Shown here: one piece after another, positions 48,025 through 61,122 of the stretch
Numbering within the stretch: position 1 is the first letter of the stretch
How the letters are laid out: each line of letters starts with the position of its first letter
Source of the DNA: Lama glama
Lineage: Eukaryota
Assembly: GCA_028534125.1 (NCBI GenBank)
Contig: CM052826.1
Coordinates: 23,746,001 to 23,810,000 of the forward strand
Length of the DNA: 64,000 nucleotides
Direction: 5' to 3'
Program-made: the position numbers and the translations under genes
Notes under the pieces: model-generated
The model's input: only the letters and a program-made list of their open reading frames with translations
Told to the model about the DNA's origin: nothing
Database searches by the model: none

Positions 48025-49399
48025 TAATCAGTGCCTCCTGGGGGGTCTAAGGTGAGCCTGTCAGGTCCTTCCATGTCGGGAGAGAAGCCAGCAGGTGGCA
48101 AGTTTCTGGCTGTACCCCATTCTCAGAGGGACCCCGTTCCTGCTGTCCAGGCCCTGGGCACCTGGGGCTGTGTCCACCCTCCAGAAACAGGGAGAGTGGG
48201 AGCCGGAAGCACCCACACCAGCTCTGCAGGTGTGCAGAGGGGCCTGTGAGGAAGCAGTCCCAGCCCGGGGGGTACCTGGCCCTGGCTTTGGGGTCAGATG
48301 GGTGGAAGCCTGAATAGCGGAGGGCGGGGGCCGTGGGGGCAGGTGGCCCGGCACAAGGAGCGAGGCTTCACCTGTCTGGCTGGAGTGTGAACTACAGCTC
48401 CTCCTGTCACCAGCTGTGTGGCTTAACTCTGACTTATGATCACTAACTAGTTAGTACTGAGTCAAGCTCTTCTAACTCTGTGGTTCTCACCTGGGGTGGT
48501 TCTGCTCTCGGGAGACACCTGTGGTTTTCAGGACTCAGGGGGCACCAGGGAGACTGCCTCACACACACGCCAGTGCCCAGGACTGGCCCTGATGTCAGCA
48601 GTGGTGAGTCTGGGCCTCAGTCTTCCCATCTGTAAAGTGGGGGGCTCTGTTTTGCTCCGAGCTTTGCTCTGAGTGCCTCGCTGACACTTAGGTTTCACAT
48701 GCAAGGAGTCATGCACTGTGTCCCCCTCTGTGTCTGCTTCTTTCGCTGAGCATCGTGCTCTCTGTTGGAGCGAGTGTCAGTGCGTGTCTCCTTTTCGCGG
48801 CTGAGTGATGTCCTAGTGTGTGGATCAGTTCACCTGCTGATGGGCGTTTGGGTGTCTCTGCCTTTTGGCTGTTGTGAGTCACCTGCTGGGCGTGTGTGTA
48901 CAGTTTTTGTGGGGACGTGTTCTTACTTCTCTCAGGTGGACTTTGAGGTGCGCTGCTGGGTGAGACGGTAACCCGGTGTTTCCATAACCAGCAGACTGTT
49001 GTCCGCAGCGCTGCCCCAGCTTGTGTCCCCACCGGCAGTGCAGGAGGGCCCCCACCGCCCCGTGTCCTCACCAGCACCACGATTCTCCTTTTGGATAGCA
49101 GCCACCCTCGTGGAGGGGGTCCTTCCCCTCTTCGCTGGGCCTCCTCCCACCCCCGGCTCCGTCCGCAGATGCTCAGCTTCTGTGACTGGCGAGTCCATGC
49201 TGCCCTGAGCTGACCTTCCAGTACTCCGTCCAGTGGGGCCCAGAAGTGTGAACGAGCTTTGCCCGCCGCCGTGGAGGACTGAGGGCTCCAGGCCCGCGCG
49301 TGAGCAGGGCCTGAGCGACCCAGCTCGGTCAGCTGTGAGGTCTCCTGCCTGGCGCCCATCTGGGCTGTCTGCCTGGCCTCTGTCTGAGCTTCCTGCAGC

Positions 49400-49830
49400 T
49401 GCTGTAATAAGTCACCAGAGACTGTGGCCCAGGGGCACACAGACTGGTTAGCTCTCATGGTGCTGGAGATCACGAGTCTGACCTGGGTTCGGTCCAGAGG
49501 TGGGTGGGGCTGGCCCCTCCGGAGGCTCCAGGGAGAAGCGGCTCCTGCCTCTTCCAGCTTCTAGAGGCTCCGCATCCCTGGCTCGCGGCCCCTCCCTCCA
49601 TCCTCACCGCCAGCAGCGGGGCATCCCCGTCTCTCTCTGACTCTGAGCTCCTGCCTCCCTCTGATGAGGACTCTTTGAGGACACGGGGTACCCCGGGAAA
49701 TCCAGGGTCACCCCCATCCCAGGGGCCTTAACCCAGTCCCACCTTCAGGATCCCCTCTGCCCCATGAGGTGACGCGTCCTCAGGTCCCAGGACCAGGGCA
49801 GGGTGTCTCTGGGGCCGTCACTCTGCCGGC
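49400..49830. mobile_element. MLT1-type LTR (further MLT1-like pieces at ~51160-51530 and ~52735-53040)
   Basis: gctgctgtaataagtcacca...ggaggctccagggagaagc...cctcttccagcttctagaggc...ccttaacccagtcccacc. Confidence 0.55.
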
Positions 49831-51914
49831 CAGGTCCTCCGCCCTGATCAGGGCAGGGAGGCTTCCATGCCTGATACTGCTGAGCCCTCTCAGGGAGGGG
49901 GTCGCTCCGCCCTCCACGCCCCTTCAACCCCGCAGGGAGTCGCTCTAGAGGCTCAGCTCTGGTGCCATCCCCTTTCAGGCTGGAGCAAACTCTTGTTTTA
50001 AATTCTCCTAAGTCAGCTTCCGCATTGCTGCCCAGGCTCTGACGCCCCAGGCAGTGTCCCCTGGGCTAGAACATGGGTTCCAGCACTTCACAGTATCTGT
50101 CTGTTTCTGGAATTAACCTGAAGGCTTTCGGAAGGCAGCTCGGCCAGCCAGACCGCTTCATGGGACCAGTTCCCGCCTGACCCCGGCGATGGCCGAGGCT
50201 CACCTTGATCCCAGTTCTAGAGGCGTCTGCCTGAGGGCAGAGCTGGGAGCCCTGGGCCTCCGGGAGACACTCTTCTTTCCCGCCCCACAAGGTGTGGAAG
50301 GACCGAGCTGGAGGAGACGCTGGGCTCCAGGATGTGGCGGTGGTGACTCAGCCCTTGCACTAGTGCCGCCCTCCCCTCCCGGTCCCTCCACCTGGGTCCC
50401 CAGTCCCGTGCGCAGCCGGGATGACCAGACTCGCCAGCCTCGGGCCCCGCCTGCCTGGAACTGCTTCTCTGTCACCAAGGTCGACCTGGCGCTGACATCC
50501 ATTCTCTGAGGGTGAGGGGTCTCTGCAGAAGGACATGAGGCCCACTGCAGACATGGGGCATCCCGAACAGGGGTTTAGTATCAGGTAGTGGATAAGCGGG
50601 TGCTTACTAAACCAAGGGGCCTGGGCCTGGGTGGGCAGAGGCGTCTGCTTCCGCTTCCCCTCCGAGCTGACTTTCCCTTCTGCGGCCACTCCTGGGGGAG
50701 CTCCTGGGAGCCCCCCCACCCCTGCTCTGTCCCAGCCATGTCCACCCCTTCGGGAAGGCACATCCACCCAGGCCACAGGCGGAGAGCAAGGGTGGCGACG
50801 GGGCTGGCGCCATGACTGGTCCCGAGTGTGAGCCTCTCCCCACCGAACAGGGGAGACTGGGCACAGGGAGGAGCTGGGGAGGAGCTTGGGGGGGGTCATG
50901 CAGTCACAGCAGGGGCATGGCAGCGGCAGCCCCCACGCCAGGGCCTTGTCCCCAGAGACGGGTGTCACAAGACTGGACCAGCTCGTGGAAGCGTCTTTAC
51001 TTAGTGGTCTCCTGGGGTGACCATCTAGTGTCCCCCGGAATTCATAACCACCGTCAGAAATGGAGTCTCTGCAGATGTCAGAATGGTAGGATGGGTCTCA
51101 CTGGGTTACAGTGGGCCCTGAACCAGTGATGAGATTCGGACAGGAGACGCAGGGAGGAACAGATGAAACAGGAATGTATTCCCTCCCAGCTCTGGAGGCC
51201 AGAAGCCCGAAACACGGCTGCTTCCTCCCGAGGCTCTGAGGGGGCACCCGTTGCTGGGCTCTCTCCAGGCTTTACCAGTGCCGGCAGTCCTTGGTGTCCG
51301 TCAGCTTGTAGAGTCATCACCCCGTCCCTGAGTCTGTCATCACACAGCCTCCCGTGTCTGTCTGCCCTCACAGGGACACTTGTCATTGGATTTCAGGCCC
51401 CCCGGATAACTTCGGACGAGTGCGTCCCAGGATCCTTAACTCAGTCACGTCTGCAAAGACTCTTTCTCCTGATGGGGCCCCGCTCGTAGGTCCCAGGGAG
51501 GCGGACGTCTCTTTGTAGAGGCCACCACTTAACCTGCTGGGGTCAGCCTCAGCCCGGGTGCGGGTCTCCGCGCGCGCTCTCTCTTGCTTTACAGGAAGCC
51601 CCCGGGCGGGGAGGGGATGCCACCCACTCTGAGTTGTCTGGGGCCCAGCTCAGCGTCTGCTCTAAGGCAGGCAGACGTGCCCGGGGCAGTCTGCATCCTT
51701 TTGGTGAAACTCAAAACCACACGTCCAAGGAGCGTCCCCAGTCCGCCCACTGGTGCTTCCAGAACAGGGTTCAGGGGACAGGCGACGAGTCTTCCTCTTT
51801 GTGTATTCCAGGTCTGGGGCAACCTGGGGTCCCAGTGACCGTCCTGTCTCAAGCGTCCCGCCTGGCCGTCCCTGCAGAGGCCTGGCTGGGGGCCGCCTGT
51901 AGCGTGTGGGCAAG

Positions 51915-54900
51915 ATGTCCAACCCCTTCCTCAAGCAAGTCTTCAACAAGGACAAGACCTTCCGGCCCAAGCGCAAGTTCGAGCCAGGCACCCAGCGCTT
52001 TGAGCTGCACAAGAAGGCGCAGGCGTCGCTGAACGCGGGGCTGGACCTGAAGCTGGCCGTGCAGCTGCCCGCCGGTGAGGAGCTCAACGACTGGGTGGCC
52101 GTGCACGTGGTGGACTTCTTCAACCGCGTCAACCTCATCTACGGCACCATCAGCGACGGCTGCACCGAGCGCTCCTGCCCCATCATGTCGGGCGGCCCCA
52201 AGTACGAGTACCGCTGGCAGGACGAGCACCGCTTCCGCCGGCCCACGGCGCTGTCGGCTCCCCGGTACATGGACCTGCTCATGGACTGGATCGAGCTGCA
52301 GATCAACGACGAGGGGGTCTTCCCCACCAGCGTCGGTGAGTTGGCGGACAGGCGGGCGCCACGCGCTCCTCTGGCTTTCTAGTAACAGCTTTGTCAGGAT
52401 AGAATCCACACACCGTAGAAGCCACCCGTTGAAAGTGCACAGTTCAGTGGCATTTTAGTACATTCACAGCCTTGTGCACCTGTCAGCTCTAATTCTATCA
52501 CCCTGAAAGCACCCGCTCCCCAGCCCCTGGCAGCCAGGAAGCCCCTCTGTGTGTCTGCGGACTGGCCTGTTCTGGACGTCCCACGTCCGTGGACTCACAC
52601 GCTGTGTGTCCTCCTGTGTCTGCTTCTCTCCCTGAGCTCGTGCTCTCAGGGTCCATCCCGGTGGGAGCGGGTGTCAGGGCTGCTCTCCTTTTCATGGCTG
52701 AGTGATGCTCCCATGTGTGGAGGGACCACGTTTGGCTTCAAGTTAAGGGTCTTGAGATGGGGAGATTATTCTGGATTATCTGGGTGAGCCCTAGATGGCA
52801 TCGCAGGGGCCCTGCGGGAGGCAGGCACACAGCAGGACGGAAGGCGGTGAGACTGTGGAGGACGGGGTCCTGAGCCCAGAGAAGGCAGGAGAGGGATTCT
52901 CCCTGGAGCCTCTGGAGGAGCCACTCCCACACCTCCGCTTGGGCCTGGGGCGCCCTGGGGGCTCCTGGCCTCTGGAACTGTAGGAGAATTCACCCGTTGT
53001 CCTGAGCCACTGAGTAGTGGTAACTTGTCACAGCGGCCCCGGGAGGCTCGGCAGATGCTGTTCCCATGTCACAAGGTCGTCACGGTGTCCTAGCAAGTTG
53101 GCCCTTGGCCGCAGGCAGGCTCTGTGCCTGGCAGAGTTTCTCAGCACCCCCGCCCCCGCCCAAACCCCACTCTGTACAGTGAACAGGGTTGGCTCTGGTG
53201 GGGGGCTTGCAGGGACCCACTTGGGAAAGGGCCATCCCAAAATAGATTCCTGGGCAGTCCCCATCAGGTTCGGGGTCTGAGTCTGCACGTGCTCCCTGTT
53301 GTTCTGACTCACGGCCTTGCTGGGACCCCCTAAACCCTAGCCCCAGCTCCTGAGGGGCCCACATCCGGGAAGTCGGGCCCCGAGTGCCTCTAGTCAGGTC
53401 CTTGCCCCCAGAAGGCGAATTCCAGGCATCTTACCAAAGAGGCCACAACAAGGAGACAAGTGAGTTTGGTGGTCGTTACCCAGCTGCCCAGCGAGGGCCA
53501 GGCTCTGGTGCACAAACACATCATGGGTTCTGGGGCTGCTCCCGCCTTCCCTGAGGCCCGCCTGGCCCAGGCTGCACCTTCTAGCCCTGTCCGTAGACCT
53601 CAGGGCCAGCTGCACTGGAAGCTCTTCAGGGCCCCTCGGCCTGTTATGACCCCCGGCCCAGCAAGCGGACTGAAATGCTTCTTTGCTCATCTGTGGTGCT
53701 TCTCAGGACCAGAGCCTGCCACGCACCCCTCAAGGTTAGACTTGTGGCCAGGCAAAGAAAGGGCGGGGTCCACAGCCTTCCCCGGGGAGGGCCAGGTCAT
53801 AGGTCTTTCTGGTTTCGCAGCCCAGGTGGTCCGTGTGGGTTACCCGGTCTGCATGTAGCCTGAGAGCCACCCTAGATGATAGATAAACAGACAAGTGTGC
53901 GTGAGGAGTAGGCCTGCATTCCAGTAAAACTTTATTTACAGAAGCAGGCAGTGGGCGGGACTCATGACCCCATGTGAGGGCATGGTTGCAAGCGTGGGCA
54001 GTGCAGTTCTGGAAGATTCGTTTCTAGGCCCTTCTACAGGGCTGCTGTCCCCCCTGCCCCCAGGGTAGGGTGGCTCCTGGCACCCCCTGCAGGAGAGAGG
54101 AGCTGGGGAGGGGGTGCCAGCCACGTCAGGCCCAGGACCCTGCAAAGCTGGAGCCGACCCGTGCGCTCCATCGCCTTCCTTGCCGCTGAGCGCTCTGTGC
54201 GCCCCTGAATTTGTGGCTGTTAGACAGCTTTCCCTTGTGGGGGTCCCCCGCCCTGGAGGGGATGTCCCACCACGTGGTTTTCAAAGGTCTTCACTGACAG
54301 CGTGTGCGCCTCAGACACCCATGAACGTGGTGTCTCGAGGGTCAGGCATTCCTCCCAAGGGATCTTGGGAGAAAACCCAGAGGCCTCGCTGATGCTGACT
54401 GCACCTTCTGTGCGTAGACCCCCAGGAGCCGCTGGGCCCTGTTGCCTGGAACAGATGTTCACAGGGTCTTTGGGACAACAGAATATAAGTCCCATCAGTG
54501 CTCAGGCCGGGAGGGGTCGCCCGGCCTGGGGCACCCGGCGCAGCAGGACGGAAGCCGGGGAGACGCCTGGTGGTGGGGAGCTTCTCTTTCCCTCCTGCCT
54601 TCTGCCCCGGCGCGCCGGCGGCCTTTCCGCGCGGGCTCATCTCCCATCCCCGACTGGGTGCGGGCTGTCCCCAGTCCCACCGCAGACAGCGCGGGAGCCT
54701 CCCCGCTCGCCCACCTCCAGGCACTTGCCTGGACGTCTCTGGAGCCTTTCCTCGCGGACCTCAGGGCCGGGAGGTGCAGCGCCGTCCAGGGGCTGGCGGT
54801 TCCGTCTTCCAGGAGCACGTGCCCGGCGCACCGTGCCTGTCCCCGCGGTGCTGGCGGCTCCACGCGTCCTACCCCTGGGCCCGGGCCCCCTGCCCGGTTG

Positions 54901-57050
54901 CACTGGGCAGACGGAGTGAGCGTGAGGCGTCTGTCCTGTGGGAGGAGAGGACGTGGGTGGGGGCCGGCGCCCTCAGGGCCGCTGGGTCTGCGGGTCCTAC
55001 GGGATGTGTGTGTTGTGCTGTGACTTCAAAAATAGAAAAACATTAAGTTCAGTCTTAGGAGGAGTTGCAGTCTACTGTATACACGCAGTTAAGTTCAGAT
55101 TTAAGTGGTAACAGTGAAACACGTTTACAGGGAGAGGTATGAATACATTAAGTGAAAAATATCAAATGTCAAAAAATGTGTTTGTCTTAGTTGTCCCGTT
55201 CTACACAGAAAATACACGCAGCTAGGACCAGACGCACAGAAGCCTGTGGGCTCACCCAGGCCGAGTAGGCGGCAGGTCCCCGCTGGCTGGGCGCTCTGGC
55301 TCTGAGCTGGCGCCGGCAAGGCCGGGGGTGCGTCCCGTGAGGGCTGGCCCCGCGGCCGGGCTTTACCTGTGAGCGTCCCCGGTCGCACCCCGGGTGCTGT
55401 AGGGGAGCAGCCAGCGGCGGGGAGGGCCGGCGGGCCCCCGCTGAGCCGCCCTGCCGCCCGCCCAGGCACGCCGTTCCCCAGGAACTTCCTGCAGGTGGTG
55501 AGGAAGATCCTGTCCCGGCTCTTCCGCGTGTTCGTGCACGTCTACATCCACCACTTCGACCGCATCGCGCAGCTCGGCTCCGAGGCCCACGTCAACACCT
55601 GCTACAAGCACTTCTACTACTTCGTCACCGAGTTCGGCCTCATTGACACCAAGGAGCTGGAGCCGCTGGTGAGCTGGGTTCCTCCTGTCCCCACCCCTGC
55701 TGGGGGCGCCCCCGGTGACACCAGACCCCGGTCCTGGGGGGTCTCCCCAGCCGCGGCCTCGCGGGGCTCCTGCCTGCAGCTGCCCCCGCTTTCCCTGGAG
55801 CCCCCACCCCCACCGCCTCGCCCTCCTGCCCTGCCCGCCCTTGCACGGGAGGCTTTTCTGTTTGTTTAATTTTTAAAAATTGTGTGTGTGGGAGGAGATA
55901 AGGAGATTTATTTATTTTCAGAGGAGGCACTGGGGATTGAACCCAGGACCTCATGCATGCTAAGCACATGTTCTGCCATTTGAGCTATTCCCTACCCGCT
56001 CTGGTTTTAGTTGAGGTAAAGTTTACATAATGTAGAATCAGTTGTTGTGAGGTGAACAACTCATTAGTGTTCAGACCATTCACAGACTGTGCAGCCACCA
56101 CCTCTGACAAGTTCCAGAACCTTCCATCCCCCAGAAGCAGCCCCACCCCCATCAGCTGTCACCCTAGCCCCTGCAATCACTAATCTGCTCTGTCTCGGGG
56201 GATTTGCTGCTTTGGCCACTGTTGACCCCACCCTGGTGCTGGGATAGTTCAGGTCACCTGGGCTGTGACGTGGAGCCGGGCTGTGCCACGGCGGTCCCCA
56301 GTGGCTTTGAGCAGGACCTGCGAGTCACAGGACACAGGTGGCTGCTCTCCCAGTGCCCACCAGCTGCAGCCACCGTTCACCAGGGTGGAGAACACCCCCA
56401 GGGTGATCACAGTGGTTGGGAGCACCTCCATGCCCCCTCCCTGGGCATTTCCCCAGGTCGGAAGTGCTGGAATGACCCGGGGCCCCCTGGGACAGGGAGA
56501 CTGAGAGTCGAACTCTGTGCCCCCTTCAGAAACTTCTCAAAACACCTTCGTGTGACTGTTTCACTTCTGTGTGTTCCCTCACAGGCCCTGCCTATCAGTT
56601 AACAAGTTTCCAGAGTTAAAGTTCTAGTGCACATGCCGAGTGGGGAAGGGGTTTTATGCTGGGGTCAAGGAATGTTCTGGAACTAGATAGAAGTGGGGGT
56701 TGGGACAGCTGTGGAGTGGGCGCCGCTTTACCCGGCTCGCTTTATGGGACTCTCAGCTCAGCAGGTACTACACATGTTGTGACCACTCACTTACTTTTTT
56801 CACCTCGGTGGCACACCCCTCCTCTCCCCCCTTGGTGCTCAGAGCCCTTCCTGGAGGCAGACCCTGCCGCCCTGGCCTTTGGCACGCTGCCGGCTGTCCC
56901 GTTCTCTGTGAGGTTTCCGTTAGATGAGGCCCGTGGGCCCCTTGAGACCATGTCCCCTGGTCTCCCTCTTGCCTGTGGTTTCCTGACGTGGGTATCTGCT
57001 GTGCTGATTGTTCTTAACAGAAAGAAATGACCGCACGGATGTGCCACTGA
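51915..57050 (+). CDS. MOB3A: MOB kinase activator 3A, 3 coding exons, 217 aa
   Basis: Exons 51915-52335 ([45 protein letters not shown]...), 55466-55668 ([30 protein letters not shown]...) and 57021-57050 (KEMTARMCH*), 654 nt. The acceptor of the first coding exon is at 51811/51812. Confidence 0.97.
55866..55999 (-). mobile_element. tRNA-derived SINE
   Basis: ctggggattgaacccaggacctcatgcatgctaagcacatgttctgccatttgagctattccc. Confidence 0.8.
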
Positions 57051-58360
57051 GAGCCCGCGGCCCTGCTGTCACCAGTGCCGCACCTGGGGGACACTCCGAC
57101 TCTGGGGCTGTATCTCCGGAACCAGGACCCATGTGTTCTGATCCAGCGAGCTCTGCCGCTGGGGTTGTGTCCTTGCTTCGATTCCAAGGTGGCAGCAGCC
57201 GTGGAGCCCCACGCCGTGGCACCCGGCCTCCCTGAGCCTGCCTCCTCTGCTGCCTCGGGGGAGGTTGAACTTGAACTCTGCGACTCTGTGCATTGTGAGC
57301 GACCAGGAGAACCCACTTCGCTTGTAAACCACTTGCATCTGCCTCGAGGCTGGAGCTGTGGCCGGGCCTCGGGCTGCCCACCTGGGGCCTGTCTCCTCAG
57401 CAGCCCGCTCGGTCTGGGGCCCTGGGGCCTGACCGTTGAGGCTGGGATAGGTGATCCCGCCCTGGCCCCGAGTCCGGTTCCCAGCGGCCAGGTCCCGTCC
57501 TCCCCGCAGCCTCCCCAGCTCGCTTCCATTCCCCGCTTCCTCCCAGAGGCTCGGCGCGTCTGCCGGCTTCTGGAGCCCACGCCCGCATCCCACGTCCCTG
57601 TGGCCCCTTCGTGTCCCGTGAAGGGTTGAATCCTTGGCTGCATTTACCACTGCCATGAGATGTTACAGGGGAGGGGAGCGTGTTTTACCTACAAACAGTG
57701 AGCGCCCCTCCCTGGAAAAATGTCCCCTTTCTGTCACAAACGACAGGATGACTCCATGGAACGCCTCTCCTCCAGGATTGGGACCTTTGAGTTTCACCGA
57801 ATGTTTCGCTAGAACTGGCCTTTTCACGTGCCCGCCAACTTCACGTTGAAGCCCTCTGGGGTGCGGCACCCCTGTGGCTACAGGACCAAAACCCCACACC
57901 ATCTCCCCGCAGAGCCTTGGGAGGTGGGACCGCACTGTGGTGGCCACAGAAGCCACGCCCAGCCCCCACCCCAGCCCTGCCAAAGGCATCCTGGGCGGCC
58001 TCTGCCTCAGGCCACACAGACTCTGAGTACCCCCGGGTGTCTGGGATGCTCGCATTGAGGGGGTCACCACCACCACCCAACACCAGCACAGATCAAGTGC
58101 AATTAACGCGACCCGGGCCTCTGTCCCTTCAGAAGCCGCTGGAGTCCGGCTCTCAGAGGCCTCGGAGGCGGCCCTGAAGGACTTCAGGAAGCCAGCTGAT
58201 CGGCTGATCGAATGTAGCTCCTTTTAAATGCAGAACTATGACCAAGTGCCATAACCACTGTGCCCTCCAGGTCACCGGCCAGGTGGGGGAAGGAGGAGGG
58301 ACAGGAGGACAGAGGGTCCCCTGCCCCCCCCACCCCAGTGTGCTCCCACACGATCAGCAG

Positions 58361-58366
58361 AATAAA
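58361..58366 (+). terminator. MOB3A polyadenylation signal AATAAA
   Basis: AATAAA about 1.3 kb after the stop codon, followed by U/GU-rich sequence. Confidence 0.7.
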
Positions 58367-59159
58367 CTGTACTGTCTCCTGACCTGCAGTTGCTGCTTAT
58401 TTCTGTATTTCTGGCGGGAGGGCCTGGCATTGGGACATGTCACCACTGTCACCAGGGTGCCATCGTCCCCAGGGGCGAGGAAATCTTAGATGTCACCATG
58501 GCTGGTGGCCCGCCCAGTAGATAACCGTGCGTGCAGTGTGGGTGGGGCGAGAATTTCCTGGAGTGCAGGGCGGGACGGCGAAGACAGGCGAGTGGAGAGC
58601 AGGTGGAGAGGCACCCACCTCCCTCCGCGCTCCAGCTGTGTCTTGTCTTGCCTTCAGCACTGAACACGTGTGATTCTGTCTGCCTCTGTTACATAAAAAA
58701 AAAAGTTTCCAGGAAACTGAACCGTGTGCAGAACAGAATGAGAGGGAACAGACAGGGGTGGCTTCTGTCTCAGCCCTGTCCTCGCTGGCCTGCGACCTTG
58801 GTCTGTGATGACTTCACCTCAGAACTTTTTCTTACGTGTGAGAGATGGGATCAGTCACTCTCAGGGGCCCCTTTCAAACAGAAAACTTAGCGGCAGAGCA
58901 GGAGGTCGGCTGTAGACGGAAGGTCCTTTGCAAGGCTGGTTGGGGCCTGTGCCTGGTGGGTGGCCTCCAGCCCAGCGTGTGGCTTCCTGCCCCTAGAGGG
59001 CGCGCCATCCCCGTCGGAGGGAGAGTATCTCCAGCATGAATTCTCTGTTACTTGGAAATACCTTCCAAAGAAGCCAGTTTCCTTACCCTTTGATTTTGCA
59101 AGTGCACCACAAAGATTTCCAGGACCAGTTTAAAATCTGAGGAGCTGTTACTGTTATTT

Positions 59160-59605
59160 GGAACAACAGCCCCTGAAGACGTTCACATCCTGATCCCAGG
59201 ACCTGAGGACATGTCACCTCACCAGGTAGAGGGGACTCTGCAGGTGGGGTTAAGGCCCCGGGATGGGGATGACCCTGGATTCCCCAGGGGGACCCTGTGC
59301 CATCACAGGGTCCTCATCAGAGGGAGGCGGGAGGTCAGTCAGAGACGGGGGATGCTGCGCTGCTGGCGGTGAGGATGGAGGGAGGGGCCGCGAGCCAGGG
59401 ATGCGGCGCCTCTAGAAGCTGGAAGAGGCAGGGGCCGCTCCTCCCTGGAGCTTCCGGAGGGACCAGCCCCGCCCACACCTGAAATTGAGCTCCGTGAAAC
59501 CCATTTTGGACTTGTGAGCTCCAGAACTTTAAGGGAATAAATGTGTATTATTTAAGTCACAGCGTTTGTGGTGACTTACTACAGCAGCCACAGGAAACTC
59601 ATACA
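59160..59605 (+). mobile_element. MLT1-type LTR
   Basis: gaagacgttcacatcctgatccc...gcctctagaagctggaag...tccagaactttaagggaataaatgtgt...tacagcagccacaggaaactcataca. Confidence 0.65.
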
Positions 59606-60451
59606 CTCTTCAGAAGGAAATGTTTTGTACGCAGAATGCCTGCGACCCGCTGACTTGGGCTGCCTGGAATGCAAGAATTAGGCAGGCCGACTTCTGAGCA
59701 ACTCCTCCCTCCACGGGCCTGAGACTCGCTCATCCTTACAGGATGGTGCATCCCAAAATGTGTCCAACCAGAAGAGGTAATGGGGGCAGGAGCTGGCGTC
59801 TGGAAGGCTGGCCGGGTGGTAGAAGGAAGCAGCTAGGTTGCTCGGACAAAACCCGCTGGTCCTGGCCAACACGGGAGGGGCTGCCACTCAGGAATGACCG
59901 CGGACTTGCCTCATCCCAATAGGCCTGACAAAGAAGGGCAGGACAGCCTGGAGGCAGCCTCCGGGGGGCCCGTAAGAGATGTTCATCCAGTAAGTCGACA
60001 ACCACCAGCAGGACCATCTGAGAAGATCCGAGCCGTCTGCGCTAGAGGCTTCCGGCCTGGAGCAGGCATGGTCCTAGACCCATGCTCTCCACTCCAGCGT
60101 CTGATAGCTGGTCCCGCCTTGACCACCCAACGCAGAGGCGGGGAGCTGGCCCTGGGGGCACAGAGGGAGGGTTTGAGAACCTCAGATACGCCTGTGTCTC
60201 TGCTGAGCTCATGCTTCGAGGGGTGTCCCCTAACGTAGCGAAGCCCCGCCCGGTTCGCCCGGTTGTTCACTGTTTCACAGCTACGATACGCGTCCCTCCA
60301 GCTGAGCATTCATTCACATCCTTAAGTACTGACGCAGGTGACTGCCAAGACTGGTGTCGGAGGGAAATCGCATTGCAGGGGGCTTCTGATGCGCTGTGTG
60401 TTGCCCTGCAGAAAGGGCAAACCAACTTACACTTGCGTCAGCACGTCTCCT

Positions 60452-60573
60452 GGGGGGACGGTGCAGCTCGGCGGTAGAGCACATGCGTAGCATACAGAAG
60501 GTCCTGGGTTCAATCCCCAGTACCTCCTCCAAAACTAAATAAGTAAACCTGATTACTTCCCCACACCAAAAAG
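60452..60573 (+). mobile_element. tRNA-derived SINE
   Basis: ggggggacggtgcagctcggcggtagagcacatgcgtagcatacagaaggtcctgggttcaatccccagtacctcc plus an A-rich tail. Confidence 0.8.
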
Positions 60574-61029
60574 AAGAAGCCTGTTTCCTAGTTTCCATCT
60601 TCCTCTCAGCCCTGGGTGTTGGGCCTTGAGTCCTTTCTCAGCCTGACGGGACCATCCTTGTTACAAGTAAGTCACTGTTGACCAGTTAGTTAAATTACCA
60701 GCTCCTATGCTTTGTCCACTTGTCCCCTGGGAAGTGGTCCTTTCCTTACTGGCTTACAAACACCTTTACATATCAGCTTGTAAATGTTTTTCACATACTT
60801 ATCTATAAAAGCTTGCCTGTATGTAATCTGTCATGTGTGTTACACAAACTTCTCCTGGTTTCTCGTTTGCCTTTAACTTGGTTTACGATCATTTTGGCAT
60901 ACTTTTCCCTTACTCTTGAACTTTCATATTTTTGGTCAGTCTTTCTACCCCTGCTGATGAGCTTAGAAACTTGGGCTGGGGAAGGCCTTTATGTAAATAT
61001 GAAAACCTCTGGTTTCTTCAGATTCTCCA

Positions 61030-61122
61030 TTTTCTTTTTAAATGGAGATGCTGGAGATTGAACCCAGGACCTCGTGCAAGCTAAGCAGACGCTCTACCAC
61101 TGAGCTACACCTCTACACCCCC
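61030..61122 (-). mobile_element. tRNA-derived SINE
   Basis: gattgaacccaggacctcgtgcaagctaagcagacgctctaccactgagctacacc. Confidence 0.8.

Noticed and set aside
60452-60530. tRNA gene
   Set aside because: Box A/B are present, but it has an A-rich tail and at least five diverged copies in the window, so it is a SINE.
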